Below are positions 1 through 15,691 of a DNA stretch of 64,000 bases, in pieces. The stretch is from the human T2T-CHM13v2.0 reference genome, Homo sapiens. Location: NCBI RefSeq assembly GCF_009914755.1, contig NC_060930.1, one strand, 5' to 3'. A model generated the notes under the pieces. It worked only from the letters and a program-made list of their open reading frames with translations, made no database searches and had not been told where the DNA came from. Position 1 is the stretch's first letter. The number at the start of each line of letters is the position of its first letter. The translations under genes were made by a program, and so were the position numbers.

Positions 1-315
1 ATAATAAATATGTTGCTGACAATCTGTGAAAATCTCCTAAAAATGTGAAATCATATTTTGCATCCAGTAGGGTAATTATTTTATTATATAACGATAATGC
101 CCATTAGTATCTGCCTTATAAATGAACGTTATTGCTTTTAAATATTGTGGTATATATGTGCATATTAAATTTTGTGAAATTATCAATTATAAAGCCATAA
201 GCAAAGTTTCCTTTGCAAAGTTAATCTGATCAAAGTTGCCTTAAAAAATTTGGTGTCTTTTATTTGGCATTTATAAAGACACCTCAAGCCAAAGGAGTGC
301 CCCATTTCCCCATTT

Positions 316-633
316 TCTTTTTTTTTTCTCTTTTCTCTCTCTCTCTTTTTTTTTTTTGAGCTAGGGTCTCATGCCATTACCTAGGCTGGAGTACAGTGGT
401 GTGATCTCGGCTCACTGCAGCCTCAACATCCGTGGGCTCAGGTGATCCTCCCACCTCAGCCTCCTGAGGAGCTGGGACTATAGGCACATGCTACCATGCC
501 TGGCTAATTTTTTTGTAGATATGGGGTTTTACCAACTTGCCCAGGCTGGTCTCAAACTTCTGGGCTCGAGCAATCTGCCTGCCTTGACCTCCCAAGGTGC
601 TGGGATTACGGGCATGAACCACGACGCCCAGCC
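316..633 (-). mobile_element. Alu (AluJ-like) with T/CT-rich tail
   Basis: poly-T/CT tract followed by an antisense Alu body ending cgcccagcc. Confidence 0.88.
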
Positions 634-964
634 CCTATTTTCTAACATAAAATGAATATTTTGCAGTTACATTAAATGCATGAAGTATTTTATGTTATTT
701 AAAAATAATGCAGCTAGTCTCGAAGCATTCTTGTATTTAATCTTTTTAATTTTTAACACCCCCTATACCTTGTACCCAACCCATCCTTAGAAGATTGTGA
801 TATGTGGTATTGATATTCTCCTTACCGTGATAGAGGACTTGCATGTTTTTAACTGCTGTCCATTGGCATCTTGCTGATGTTTGAATATTGTTTTATAAAC
901 ATTTCTTAGATTTAATAATTACTGGATTTTTAGTTTGTACTCATAATTTCTGTCTTCATTTCAG

Positions 965-1085
965 TGAAGAACTTAGACGCTGGTTCATTCAACAAGAAAT
1001 GGATCTCCTTCGATTTAGATTTAGTATTTTACCCAAGGATAAAATTCAGGATTTCTTAAAGGATAGCCAATTGCAGTTTGAGGCT
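965..1085 (+). CDS. PRIM2: PRIM2 internal coding exon (likely exon 5), 121 bp
   Basis: Acceptor cttcatttcag|T (AG at 963-964) and donor GCT|gtaagt. Encodes (S)[40 protein letters not shown], which I recognise as primase p58 N-terminal domain. Confidence 0.96.
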
Positions 1086-1478
1086 GTAAGTATATTTTTG
1101 TAGTTATTTCTAATTGTTCTCACCATTCATTTTTCCCTTCTGTCTTAAGTGCTGGTACTAATGTGTAGTGTGTTCTCTTTACATTCTCCAAGTACCTGCC
1201 TGAAACAGTAGCTAATAGCTTTGGATAACAATATATCTTTCCTTCTCTATGACTAGAAGAAAAGGACTCCTTAATAACAAAGTCTCACACTTACTTGCTC
1301 TGTTAAATGTGTGCTTTATTAAAGCACAAGAAGGTTTAGTTTATAAAGGTTCATCTTTAACCAAAATTTTGTCGGCCAAAATAAAGCTAATAATGTGTTA
1401 AACTAGACAAGTGGTAGTTTCTTATTTATAGTCGTGAAATTTAGAGGAGGTAATACTTTATTTAAAAGTCAGTTGTCA

Positions 1479-1790
<312 letters not shown>

Positions 1791-1933
1791 TGTCAGTAAG
1801 ATCTGTATGAATAGTTTTAAAAAATAATTTTGCAGACATATCTGAATGATTTACATATTGTAATTATATAAAAAAAGAAGAGATCTTTGGGACTCATTTA
1901 ATGGGGATGAGTATTGGAAATAGAATTTGTATC

Positions 1934-2241
1934 TTTTTTTTTTTTTTTTTTTTTTTTTTGAGATGGAGCCTCACTCTGTCATCCAGGCTGGAATATGCAG
2001 TGGCCTGATCTCGGCTCACTGCAACCTCCACCTTCTGGGTTCAAGCGATTCTCCTGCCTCAGCCTCCTGAGTAGCTGTGACTACAGGTGTGTGCCACCAT
2101 GCCTGGCTAATTTTTGTATTTTTAGAGACGTAGTTTTGCCATGTTGGCCAGGGTGGTCTTGAACCCCCTGACCTCAGGTGATACACCCGCCTCGGCCTCC
2201 CAAAGTGCTGGGATTACAGGTGTGAGCCACCGTGCCGGGCC
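1934..2241 (-). mobile_element. Alu (AluS)
   Basis: Long T tail and antisense body; imperfect TSD tagaattt(g/a)t at 1921 and 2242. Confidence 0.92.
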
Positions 2242-2841
2242 TAGAATTTATGTCTTTTAGGTAGATATATGCCACAATGGGAATGTAGAAACATTATGTT
2301 TTGGAAGTTTTAGAGCAGTCAGATGGTAGTAGGACTGGCAGAGACTCTATTTTGTTGTTGGAATGCGTGGCTTAAAGCCAAATAAAATAAAAAAGTAGAA
2401 GTTGCAATAGGTGAAAGACATTGTCCTGTCTGACAAGTAGAAGACATATCCACTGTAGCAAGGAACACTATGGAGTATATGAGTTAGGGAAAAGAGACTG
2501 TGAAGGGAAGTGAACAAACATTTTGTAGACGTTTAGTGTCAAATATATGCTAGGTAGGCAGTTTCTATAGTTTCTTTCATTTACTTCATGAGGTTTCTAA
2601 GTCACATCTACCTTTGCATAGACAGATGTCATGCATGGTACCATCTGAACCAAACCCACTGCATCTTCCACTTTGCTTTTAACTTTGATCCTTGGTGAAG
2701 TCCATTATTGCAATTATCAATTACAGTTAATTTATCCATTCCTATTAGAAATAGTTTATTTTTTGCTTTTGTTGAAATTACTGATTTTTAGTAGGTCATA
2801 GAGAGAGGTGTCCTTGAGAAGGTCTATTATTTATTCTAGGG

Positions 2842-3187
2842 CAGCCATCTCCAACCTTTTTGGCACCAGGGACTGGTTTCATGGAAGACAATTTTTCCAC
2901 GGACTGAGGTCGGGGGATGGGGAGGGGTGTGGATGGTTTTGGGATGAACAGATCCACCTCAGATCATCAGTCATTAGATTATCATAAGGAGTGCACATCT
3001 TAGATCTCTCACATGTGCAGTTCATAATAGGGTTCGCACTCCTATAAGAATCTAATGCCTCCACTAATCTGACAGGAAGTGGAGTTCAGGTGGTAATGCT
3101 CGCTCACTGCTCACCTCCTGTGCAGCCTGGTTCCTAATGGGCCATGTGCTGGTGCTGGTATTGTGGCCTGAGAGTTGGAGACCCCAG
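2842..3187 (-). mobile_element. MER1B hAT-Charlie non-autonomous DNA transposon
   Basis: ccaacctttttggcaccagggactggtttcatggaagacaatttttccacggac ... ttggagaccccag. Flanks ttctaggg/ttgtagag resemble an 8-bp Charlie target site. Confidence 0.85.
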
Positions 3188-4488
3188 TTGTAGAGTGTCT
3201 CAGCGTCACATATACTTTTTTAAATAATAGATTTATTGAGCTAGAATTCACAAATCTTGACATGCACCCTTTTACAATGTATAATTCATTGGTTTTTAGT
3301 GTAATTACAGATTGTGCAATCAACACTACTATGTAATTTTAGAACATTTTCACCTAAAAATGAAACCTCTTACCCATTTATGGTCATTCCCTATTCTTCC
3401 TCTCCCAACCCTTGGCAACCACTAACCTGCTTTCTGTCTCTGGATTTGTCTATTCTGAACATTTCATATAAATGGAGTCATACAATATGTGGTCCCTTGT
3501 GGTTGACTTCTTTTACTTAGCATAATATTTTCAAGTTTCATCTGTGCTGTAGAATGTATCAGTATTAATTTTTTAATTGCCAAATAATATTTTACCTGTT
3601 CAGCATTCGAGGGACATTTGGATGGTTTCCATATTTTGGCTATTATGAATAACGCTACAGTGAATATTTGTGTCCAGGTTTTTGTGTGAATATGTTTTCC
3701 TTTCTCTCAGGTGTATACCTAGGAGTAGAATTGCTAGGTCATAGGGTGATTCTGTGTTTAAACTTTTGAGGAGCTATCAAAATGTTTTCCAAAGTGGCTG
3801 TATCATTATATATCTTACCAGCAGTGGATGAGGGTTCCACTTTCTCCATATCCTCACCAAAAATTGTTACCTTTTAAAAAAATATAGCCATCATAGTGAG
3901 TATGAAGTGGTATGTAATTGTGGTTTTGATTTGCATTTCTAATGAAGCTGAATATCTTTTCATATGCTTATTGGTCATTTGTATATCATCTGTGAAGAGA
4001 TGTCTGTTCAAATCCTTTGCCTGTTTTGTAGTTGAATTGTTTGGCTTTTTATTGTTGAGTGTTCTTTACATATTCTGGATACAAGTCCATTATCAGATAT
4101 ATGATTTACAAATATTTTCCCCCACTCTGAAGGTTGTCTTTTCTTGATGGTATTGTTTGCAACAAAAAGGTTTTTTTTTTTCAGATGAAGTCTAATTTAT
4201 CTTTTTTTCTTGTCACTTGTGCTTTTGGTATTGAGTCTAAGAAGTCTTTGTCTAATGTGAGGTCATAAAGATTTACTCCTACAGTTTTTTCTGTAAGAGT
4301 TTTGTAGTTTTAGCTCTTACGTTTATATCTGTGGTTCATTTTGTGTTAATTTCTATACACGGTGTGAAGTAAGGGTCCAACTTCATTCTTTTGCATGTAG
4401 ATATCTAGTTGTCCCAGCATCATTTGTTGAAATAACCATTCTTTCCTCATTGAATTGTCTTGGCACACTTGTCAAGTCAGTTGACTGT

Positions 4489-4844
4489 TGATATGGTTTG
4501 ATTGTGTCCCCACCCAAATCTCATCTTGAATTGTAGTTCCCATAATCCCCACGTGTCATGGAAAGGACTTGGTGGGAGGTAACTGAATCATGGGGGCAAT
4601 CTCCCCCATGGTAGTCTCATGATAATAAGTTCTCACTAGATCTGATGGTTTTATAAGGGGCCTCCCCCTTTGCTTGGTTCTCATTCCCTCCCCTGCCGCC
4701 CTGTGAAGAGGTGCCATCTGCCATGATTGTAAGTTTCCTGAGGCCTCCCCAGACACGCAGAGGGCTCAGGATTAAACCTCTTTCCTTTATAAATTACCCA
4801 GTCTCAGGCAGTTCTTTACAGCAGCGTGAGAACAGACTAATACA
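4489..4844 (+). mobile_element. THE1 (THE1C/D-like) MaLR solo LTR
   Basis: TGATATGGTTTG...GACTAATACA termini with perfect 5-bp TSD ACTGT (4484-4488 / 4845-4849). Confidence 0.92.
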
Positions 4845-5389
4845 ACTGTAAATGTAAACATTTATTTCAGTACTCTTAATTTTATTCCATTGATCTGTCT
4901 GCTTATCCTTATGTCAGTAGTATGTGGTCTTGATTATTGGTTACTGTGGCTTTATTGTTAAGATTTAAAATTGAGAAGTATGAGTTCTCCAGCTTTGTTC
5001 TTTTTTAAGATTGTTTTGGCTGCTCTGGGTTCCTTGCATTTTTTAATGAATTTTGGGATCAACTTGTTAATTTCTACCAAGAAGCTAGCTAGGATTTACA
5101 CTGGGATTACATTGAATCTGTAGATCAGTTTGGGAGGTATTCTTTTGTAATGATATTAAGTCTTCCAATCCATGAACATGGGATGTCTTTCTATTTATTT
5201 AGATCTTCTTTAATTTTTTTCAACAATGTCTTGTAATTTTTTGTTACATTTATACCTAAATATTCTTCAATGTTATTGTAAGTGGAGTTGTTTTCTTCAT
5301 TTCATTTTTGGAATGTTCATTGCTAGTATATAAAAATCCAGGTGATTTTTGTATATTGATCTTGTATCCTGCAACCTTGCTGAACTTGT

Positions 5390-5551
5390 TTTTTTTTTTT
5401 GTTTTTGTTTTTTTGTTTTTTTGTTTTTTTTTTTTTGAGATGGAGTCTTGCACTGTAGCCGAGGCTGGAGTGCAAGCTCCACCTCCTGGATTCATGCCAT
5501 TCTCCTGCCTCAGCCTCCCGCCGGCCACCACACCCTGCTAATTTTTTGTAT
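5390..5551 (-). mobile_element. 5'-truncated AluY-like right arm with two internal deletions
   Basis: tgcaagctcc and catgccattctcc are AluY-type features; TSD tgaacttgtttt at 5381 and 5552. Confidence 0.8.
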
Positions 5552-5903
5552 TGAACTTGTTTTTTAATTCTAACAGTTTTATAGTGGATTCATTATGAGA
5601 TTATGTTTACTACAGAGATATTCTGACTCCTTTCTAATCAGGATGCTTTTTGTTTCTTTATTTTTGCCCAATTGTCCAGCTAGAATCTCCAGTACAGTGT
5701 TGAATAGAAGTGGCAATAGCAGTGATCATGATCTCAGGGGAAAGCATTTAGTCTTTCACTATGTTGCATGGTTTTAGCTGTGAGTTTTTTTTATAGATGC
5801 CCTTTATCAGATTGAGGAGATTTTCTTCTAATTCTAGTTGAATATTTTCATTAAGAAAGGATGTTGTATTTTGTCAGTGCTTTTCCTGCACCAATTGAGA
5901 TGA

Positions 5904-6256
<353 letters not shown>

Positions 6257-8829
6257 TTAATTGATTTTTGGATGTTACACCAACCTTGCAATCCTGGAAT
6301 AAATCCCCCTTGGTCATGTTATATAATCTTTTAATATGCTGCTTGGTTTGGTTTGCTAGTATTTTGTTGAGGATTTTTGCATCTATATTGATAAGGGATA
6401 CTGGTCTGTAGGTTTTTTGTGATGTCTATATCTGGTTTTGGTATTAGGATCATATTGGCCTCATAGAATGAGTTGGGAAATGTTTCCTCCTCTTCCGTTT
6501 TTTGGAGGAGGTTGTGAAGGATTGGTTTAAATGTTTGGTAGAATTTACCAGTGAATTAATCTGGGCCTGGGCTTCTCTTTGTGGGTCATTAAAATTACCA
6601 ATTCATTCTCTTTACTTATTATGAATCTATTTAAGTTTTATATTACTTTTTGAGTCAGTTTTAGTAATTTGTGTCTTTTTTGGAATTTATTCACTTTATC
6701 TAAGTTATCTAATTGATTCATGCAGTTATTCATAGTTTTCTCTTATCCTTTTGATTTCTTTAAGAAAATAAAAGGATTGGTGATGATGTCTTCTCTTTCC
6801 TTCCTGATTTTAACAATTAGAGTCTTCTCTTTTTTTTTGTCATCTAGGTAGAGGTTTGTCAGTGTTACTGGATTTGTTCAAAGAACCAACTTTTGGTTTC
6901 ATTGATTTTTCTGTGTTATTCTCTAGACTCTATTTCACTAGTTTTTACTACAGTCTTTAGTATTTCCTTCCTTCTGCTTGCTTTGGTTTGGTTTGCTCTT
7001 TTCTTCTAGTTTCTTAAGGTAGGAGTTTAGGGTATTTATCTGAGATATTTTTTCTTTTTATATGTAGACATTTACAGCTATAAATTTTCCTGTAAGCACT
7101 ACTTCAGATGCAAACCATGAGTTTTTGTATGCTGTGTTTTCTTTTTCATTTATTTCAAAGTATTCTTTTTTACTTTGACACATTGATTAGAAGTGTTTAA
7201 TTTCCACGTTTTTGAATTTCCTGAACTTCTGTTACTGGTTTTAATTTAATTCCATTTTAGTTTGAGAATATATTTTATATGACTGCAATCTTTTAAAATT
7301 TATTGAATTTTATTTTATGACCTAGCATATGGTCTGTTCTGGAGGATGTTCCATGTGTGCTTGTGAAGAATGTGTATCTGCTATTCTTGGTTGGAGTGTT
7401 CTGTAGATACAGTCTGTAAGATCTGGTTGGTCTATAGTGCTTTTCAAAGCTTCGGTTTCCTTGTTCATCTTCTGCCTATTTGTTCTATCCATTATTGAAA
7501 GTGGGGTACTAAAGTCTTCAACTGTTATTGTTTATTTATTATCTTTAATTCTGTCAATTTTTGCTTCATTTATTTTGGGGCTCTCTTGTTAGTTGCATAT
7601 ATGTTTATAATTGTTAAATCTTCTTGATGGGTTGACCCTTTTATCATTATGAAATGTTCCTCTCTAGTAACATTTTTTTGTTGTTGTTTTAAGTTATGTT
7701 TGTTTGACATTAGCATAGCCATTCCAGATCTTTTATGGTTGTTGTTTACGTGATATGTCTTTTTCTATTCTTTTTATTTTCATCCTTTATGTGTGTTTGA
7801 ATCTAAAGTGTGTTTGTTGTAAATATCATATAGTTGGATCATCTTCTTTTCTTTTTTATTCATTTTGGAAGTCTCTGACTTTTGCATGGATTGTTTTATC
7901 CATTTATGTTTAATTACTGATAACTTAGTATTTCCGTGTGCCATCTATGTGTTTCCTATGTCTTAAGGTTTTTTTGTTTCTGTATTTCTCCATTACTGCC
8001 TTCTTTGTATTAAAATGGTATTTTCTAGTGTACCATTTTAATTCCTTTGCTGTTTATTTTACTGTATTTTTTGAGTTATTTTCTTCGTGGTTTCCCTTAG
8101 AATTACAATTATATTTTATTTTAAAACAATCTAGTTGGGATTAGCATTAAGTTAATTTCAATAGTGTACAAACTTTTGTTCCCATATGCTCTGTTCCCTA
8201 CTCCCTGCCATTGTCCTAGTATGGTCATACAAATTATTTCTTAATATATCAACAGAGGTAAACTTTTTGTGTTCTAGATTGTATGAAAAATGTATTTATA
8301 ATACTGTCAAACTTGAGTGTAGTTTGCCTTGGTATACAGGCAAATACCTGTATGTTGGGAATATTTTTTATTGGCATTTTGGAGATATTGCTTGCTGAAC
8401 CTTTTAGCTTCTAGAGTTGCTCTTGAGAAGCCTGATTTCATTTTGACTTCTTATTCTTTGCATGTAACTTTGTGTCCTTTGCCAGTCCCACTCTCTTGTG
8501 TAGTGAACTTTCATGGCGATGTCTGCACCTTTTTTCACTTTTTTGGGTTGGGAACTTGGTGGACTCTTTTAATCTGAAGATTTGATTCTTCAGTTAGAAA
8601 ATTTCTTTTTATTATTGCTTTAATAATTTCTTCTATGTTCTCTTTTTATAACCTCTTGTTAGGTGGAATTTATATTTTCTGGATTGGTACTCTTATTTTC
8701 TTTTCGGTCCTGACATTCAATCTTTGTGTTTTTATTTTATTTTCTGAAAACTTTCATCAACTGTTTTCTCAATTTTCTATTTATTTATTTTTCCCTCCTG
8801 TGTTTAATTTTTTTCTTTTAAATTTACTT

Positions 8830-9538
8830 AAAAATTGAATATAAAATTGTATGTATTCACTGTAAAATATAATGTTTTGAAGGGTACATTGTGGAATGAT
8901 TACATCTAGCTAATTAACAAATGTATTACATCAACAGTTATTTTTGTGGTGAAAATACTTAATATCCACTCACTTAGCATTTTTCATCAATACAGTTTGT
9001 TGTCATTAACTGTAGACATCATGTTGTACAATGGGTCTCTTGAACTTAATACTCTTAACTGTGATTATGCATCCTTTAACAGACATCTCCCTAACCTCTT
9101 TTCCTCCCTAACCACCCCAGCTACTGGTAATCACTATTTTACCCTCTATTTCTATGAGATCAACTTTTTTAGATTCCACATATGAGTGAGATCATGACAT
9201 ATTTGTCTTTCTGTGCCTGGCTTTATTTACTTAACGTAATATCCCTGTTTCATTCATGGTGTTGCAAGTGGCAGGATTTTCATTTTTTTTTATGACTCAA
9301 TATTATTCCGTTATGTATATATATTGCATTTAAAAAAATCCATGTATCTATCGGTGGACACTTAGGTTGATTCCGTATCTTGGCTATTGTGAATAGTGCT
9401 GCAGTAAATATGGGTGTGCAGATGTCTTCAGCATACTGATTTCATTTCCTTCAGATACATACCCAGTAATAGATTTTGCTGGAACATATGGTGGTTCTAT
9501 TTTTAATTTTTTGAGGAACTTTCATATTGTTTTTCATT
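8830..9538 (-). mobile_element. L1MA-type 3' end fragment
   Basis: ttagattccacatatgagtgagatcatg...ggctattgtgaatagtgctgc, typical of antisense L1MA 3' UTR. Confidence 0.75.
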
Positions 9539-9539
9539 T

Positions 9540-9705
9540 CTACAAAAAATAAAAAATAGCTGGGTGTAGTGGTGCACACCTGTAATCCAGCTACTTGGGA
9601 GGCTGAGGTGGGATGATTACTTGAGCCCAGGTGTTGGAGGCTACAGTGGACTATGATCTGTAGCCCACCCTGGGCTACAGAACAAGACCCTGTCTCTCAA
9701 AGAAA
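9540..9705 (+). mobile_element. Alu right-arm fragment (AluJ/FRAM)
   Basis: tagctgggtgtagtggtgcacacctgtaatcc...gaccctgtctc. Confidence 0.75.
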
Positions 9706-10030
9706 TAAGAGGATAATAACGATTTTCACCTCACAGATTAGTGAGGTTTAAATGAGGTAGTGCGTATAGAGTGCTTAGTACTGTGCATGGAATATATGCT
9801 GGGTAGTAATATTACGGAGGATACAGAAGCAGCATATGCCTGTATTGTGAAGAAGTTCGGAGTCAATTAGATTGATATGTTTTTACTGCAATTAAAAAAA
9901 TGGTTTTGGAATAGGAACAGCTCCGGTCTACAGCTCCCAGCGTGAGCGACACAGAAGATGGGTGATTTCTGCATTTCCATCTGAGGTACCGGGTTCATCT
10001 CACTAGGGAGTGCCAGACAGTGGGCGCAGG

Positions 10031-10339
10031 TCAGTGGGTGCGCGCACCGTGCACGAGCCGAAGCAGGGCGAGGCATTGCCTCACTCGGGAAGTGCAAGGG
10101 GTCAGGGAGTTCCCTTTCCTAGTCAAAGAAAGGGGTGACAGATGGCACCTGGAAAATCGGGTCACTCCCACCCGAATACTGTGCTTTTCCGACAGGCTTA
10201 AAAAACGGCGCACCAGGAGATTATATCCCGCACCTGGCTCGGAGGGTCCTACGCCCACGGAGTCTCGCTGATTGCTAGCACAGCAGTCTGAGATCAAACT
10301 GCAAGGCAGCAGCGAGGCTGGGGGAGGGGCGCCCGCCAT
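10031..10339 (-). CDS. L1 antisense ORF0-like reading frame, 102 aa (translation unproven)
   Basis: MAGAPPPASLLPCSLISDCCASNQRDSVGVGPSEPG... matches the primate L1 ORF0 N-terminus; ATG is the CAT at 10337-10339. Confidence 0.55.
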   Translation of the reverse strand: MAGAPPPASLLPCSLISDCCASNQRDSVGVGPSEPGAGYNLLVRRFLSLSEKHSIRVGVTRFSRCHLSPLSLTRKGNSLTPCTSRVRQCLALLRLVHGARTH

Positions 10340-10791
10340 TGCCCAGGCTTGCTTAGGTAAACAAAGCAGCCAGGAAGCTGGAACTGGGTGGAGCCCACCA
10401 CAGCTCAAGGAGGCCTGCCTGCCTCTGTAGGCTCCACCTCTGGGGGCAGGGCACAGACAAACAGAAAGACAGCAGTAACCTCTGCAGACTTAAACGTCCC
10501 TGTCTGACAGCTTTGAAGAGAGCAGTGGTTCTCCCAGCACCCAGCTGGAGATCTGAGAATGGGCAGACTGCCTCCTCAAGTGGGTCCCTGACCCCTGACC
10601 CCCGAGCAGCCTAACTGGGAGGCACCCCCCAGCAGGGGCAGACTGACACCTCACATGGCCAGGTACTCCAACAGACCTGCAGCTGAGGGTCCTGTCTGTT
10701 AGAAGGAAAACTAACAAACAGAAAGGACAAACACACCAAAAACCCATCTGTACACCATCATCAAAGACCAAAAGTAGATAAAACCACAAAG

Positions 10792-11808
10792 ATGGGGAAA
10801 AAACAGAACAGAAAAACTGGAAACTCTGAAAAGCAGAGCGCCTCTCCTCCTCCAAAGGAACGCAGTTCCTCACCAGCAACGGAACAAAGCTGGACGGAGA
10901 ATGACTTTGACGAGCTGAGAGAAGAAGGCTTCAGATGATCAAATTACTCCGAGCTACGGGAGGACATTCAAACCAAAGGCAAAGAAGTGGAAAACTTTGA
11001 AAAAAATTTAGAAGAATGTATAACTAGAATAACCAATACAGAGAAGTGCTTAAAGGAGCTGATGGAGCTGAAAACCAAGGCTCGAGAACTACGTGAAGAA
11101 TGCAGAAGCCTCAGGAGCCGATGCGATCAACTGGAAGAAAAGATATCAGCAATGGAAGATGAAATGAATGAAATGAAGCGAGAAGGGAAGTTTAGAGAAA
11201 AAAGAATAAAAAGAAATGAGCAAAGCCTCCAAGAAATATGGGACTATGTGAAAAGACCAAATCTGCGTCTGATTGGTGTACCTGAAAGTGACGGGGAGAA
11301 TGGAACCAAGTTGGAAAACACTCTGCAGGATATTATCCAGGAGAACTTCCCCAATCTAGCAAGGCAGGCCAACATTCAGATTCAGGAAATACAGAGAACG
11401 CCACAAAGATACTCCTCGAGAAGAGCAACTGCAAGACACATAGTTGTCAGATTCACCAAAGTTGAAATGAAGGAAACAATGTTAAGGGCAGCCAGAGAGA
11501 AAGGTTGGGTTACCCTCAAAGGGAAGCCCATCAGACTAACAGTGGATCTCTCGGCACAAACTCTCCAAGCCAGAAGAGAGTGGGGGCCAATATTCAACAT
11601 TCTTAAAGAAAAGAATTTTCAACCCAGAATTTCATATCCAGCCAAACTAAGCTTCATAAGTGAAGGAGAAATAAAATCCTTTACAGACAAGCAAATGCTG
11701 AGAGATTTTGTCAACACCAGGCCTGCCCTAAAAGAGCTCCTGAAGGAAGTGCTAAACATGGAAAGGAACAACTGGTACCAGCCACTGCAAAATCATGCCA
11801 AAACGTAA
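10792..11808 (+). pseudogene. L1 ORF1 with a single nonsense codon (R49*)
   Basis: ATG at 10792 (MGKKQNRKTG); TGA at 10936-10938 (CGA>TGA); otherwise in frame to TAA at 11806-11808 (338 codons). Confidence 0.93.
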
Positions 11809-11871
11809 AGACCATTGAAATTAGGAAGAAACTGCATCAACTAACGAGCAAAATAACCAGCTAACATCACA

Positions 11872-15691
<3,820 letters not shown>

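Noticed and set aside
888-1103. ORF-track calls at 888..1103 and 57046..57237 as stand-alone genes
   Set aside because: They are PRIM2 exons read through into intron sequence; the splice sites define the true limits.
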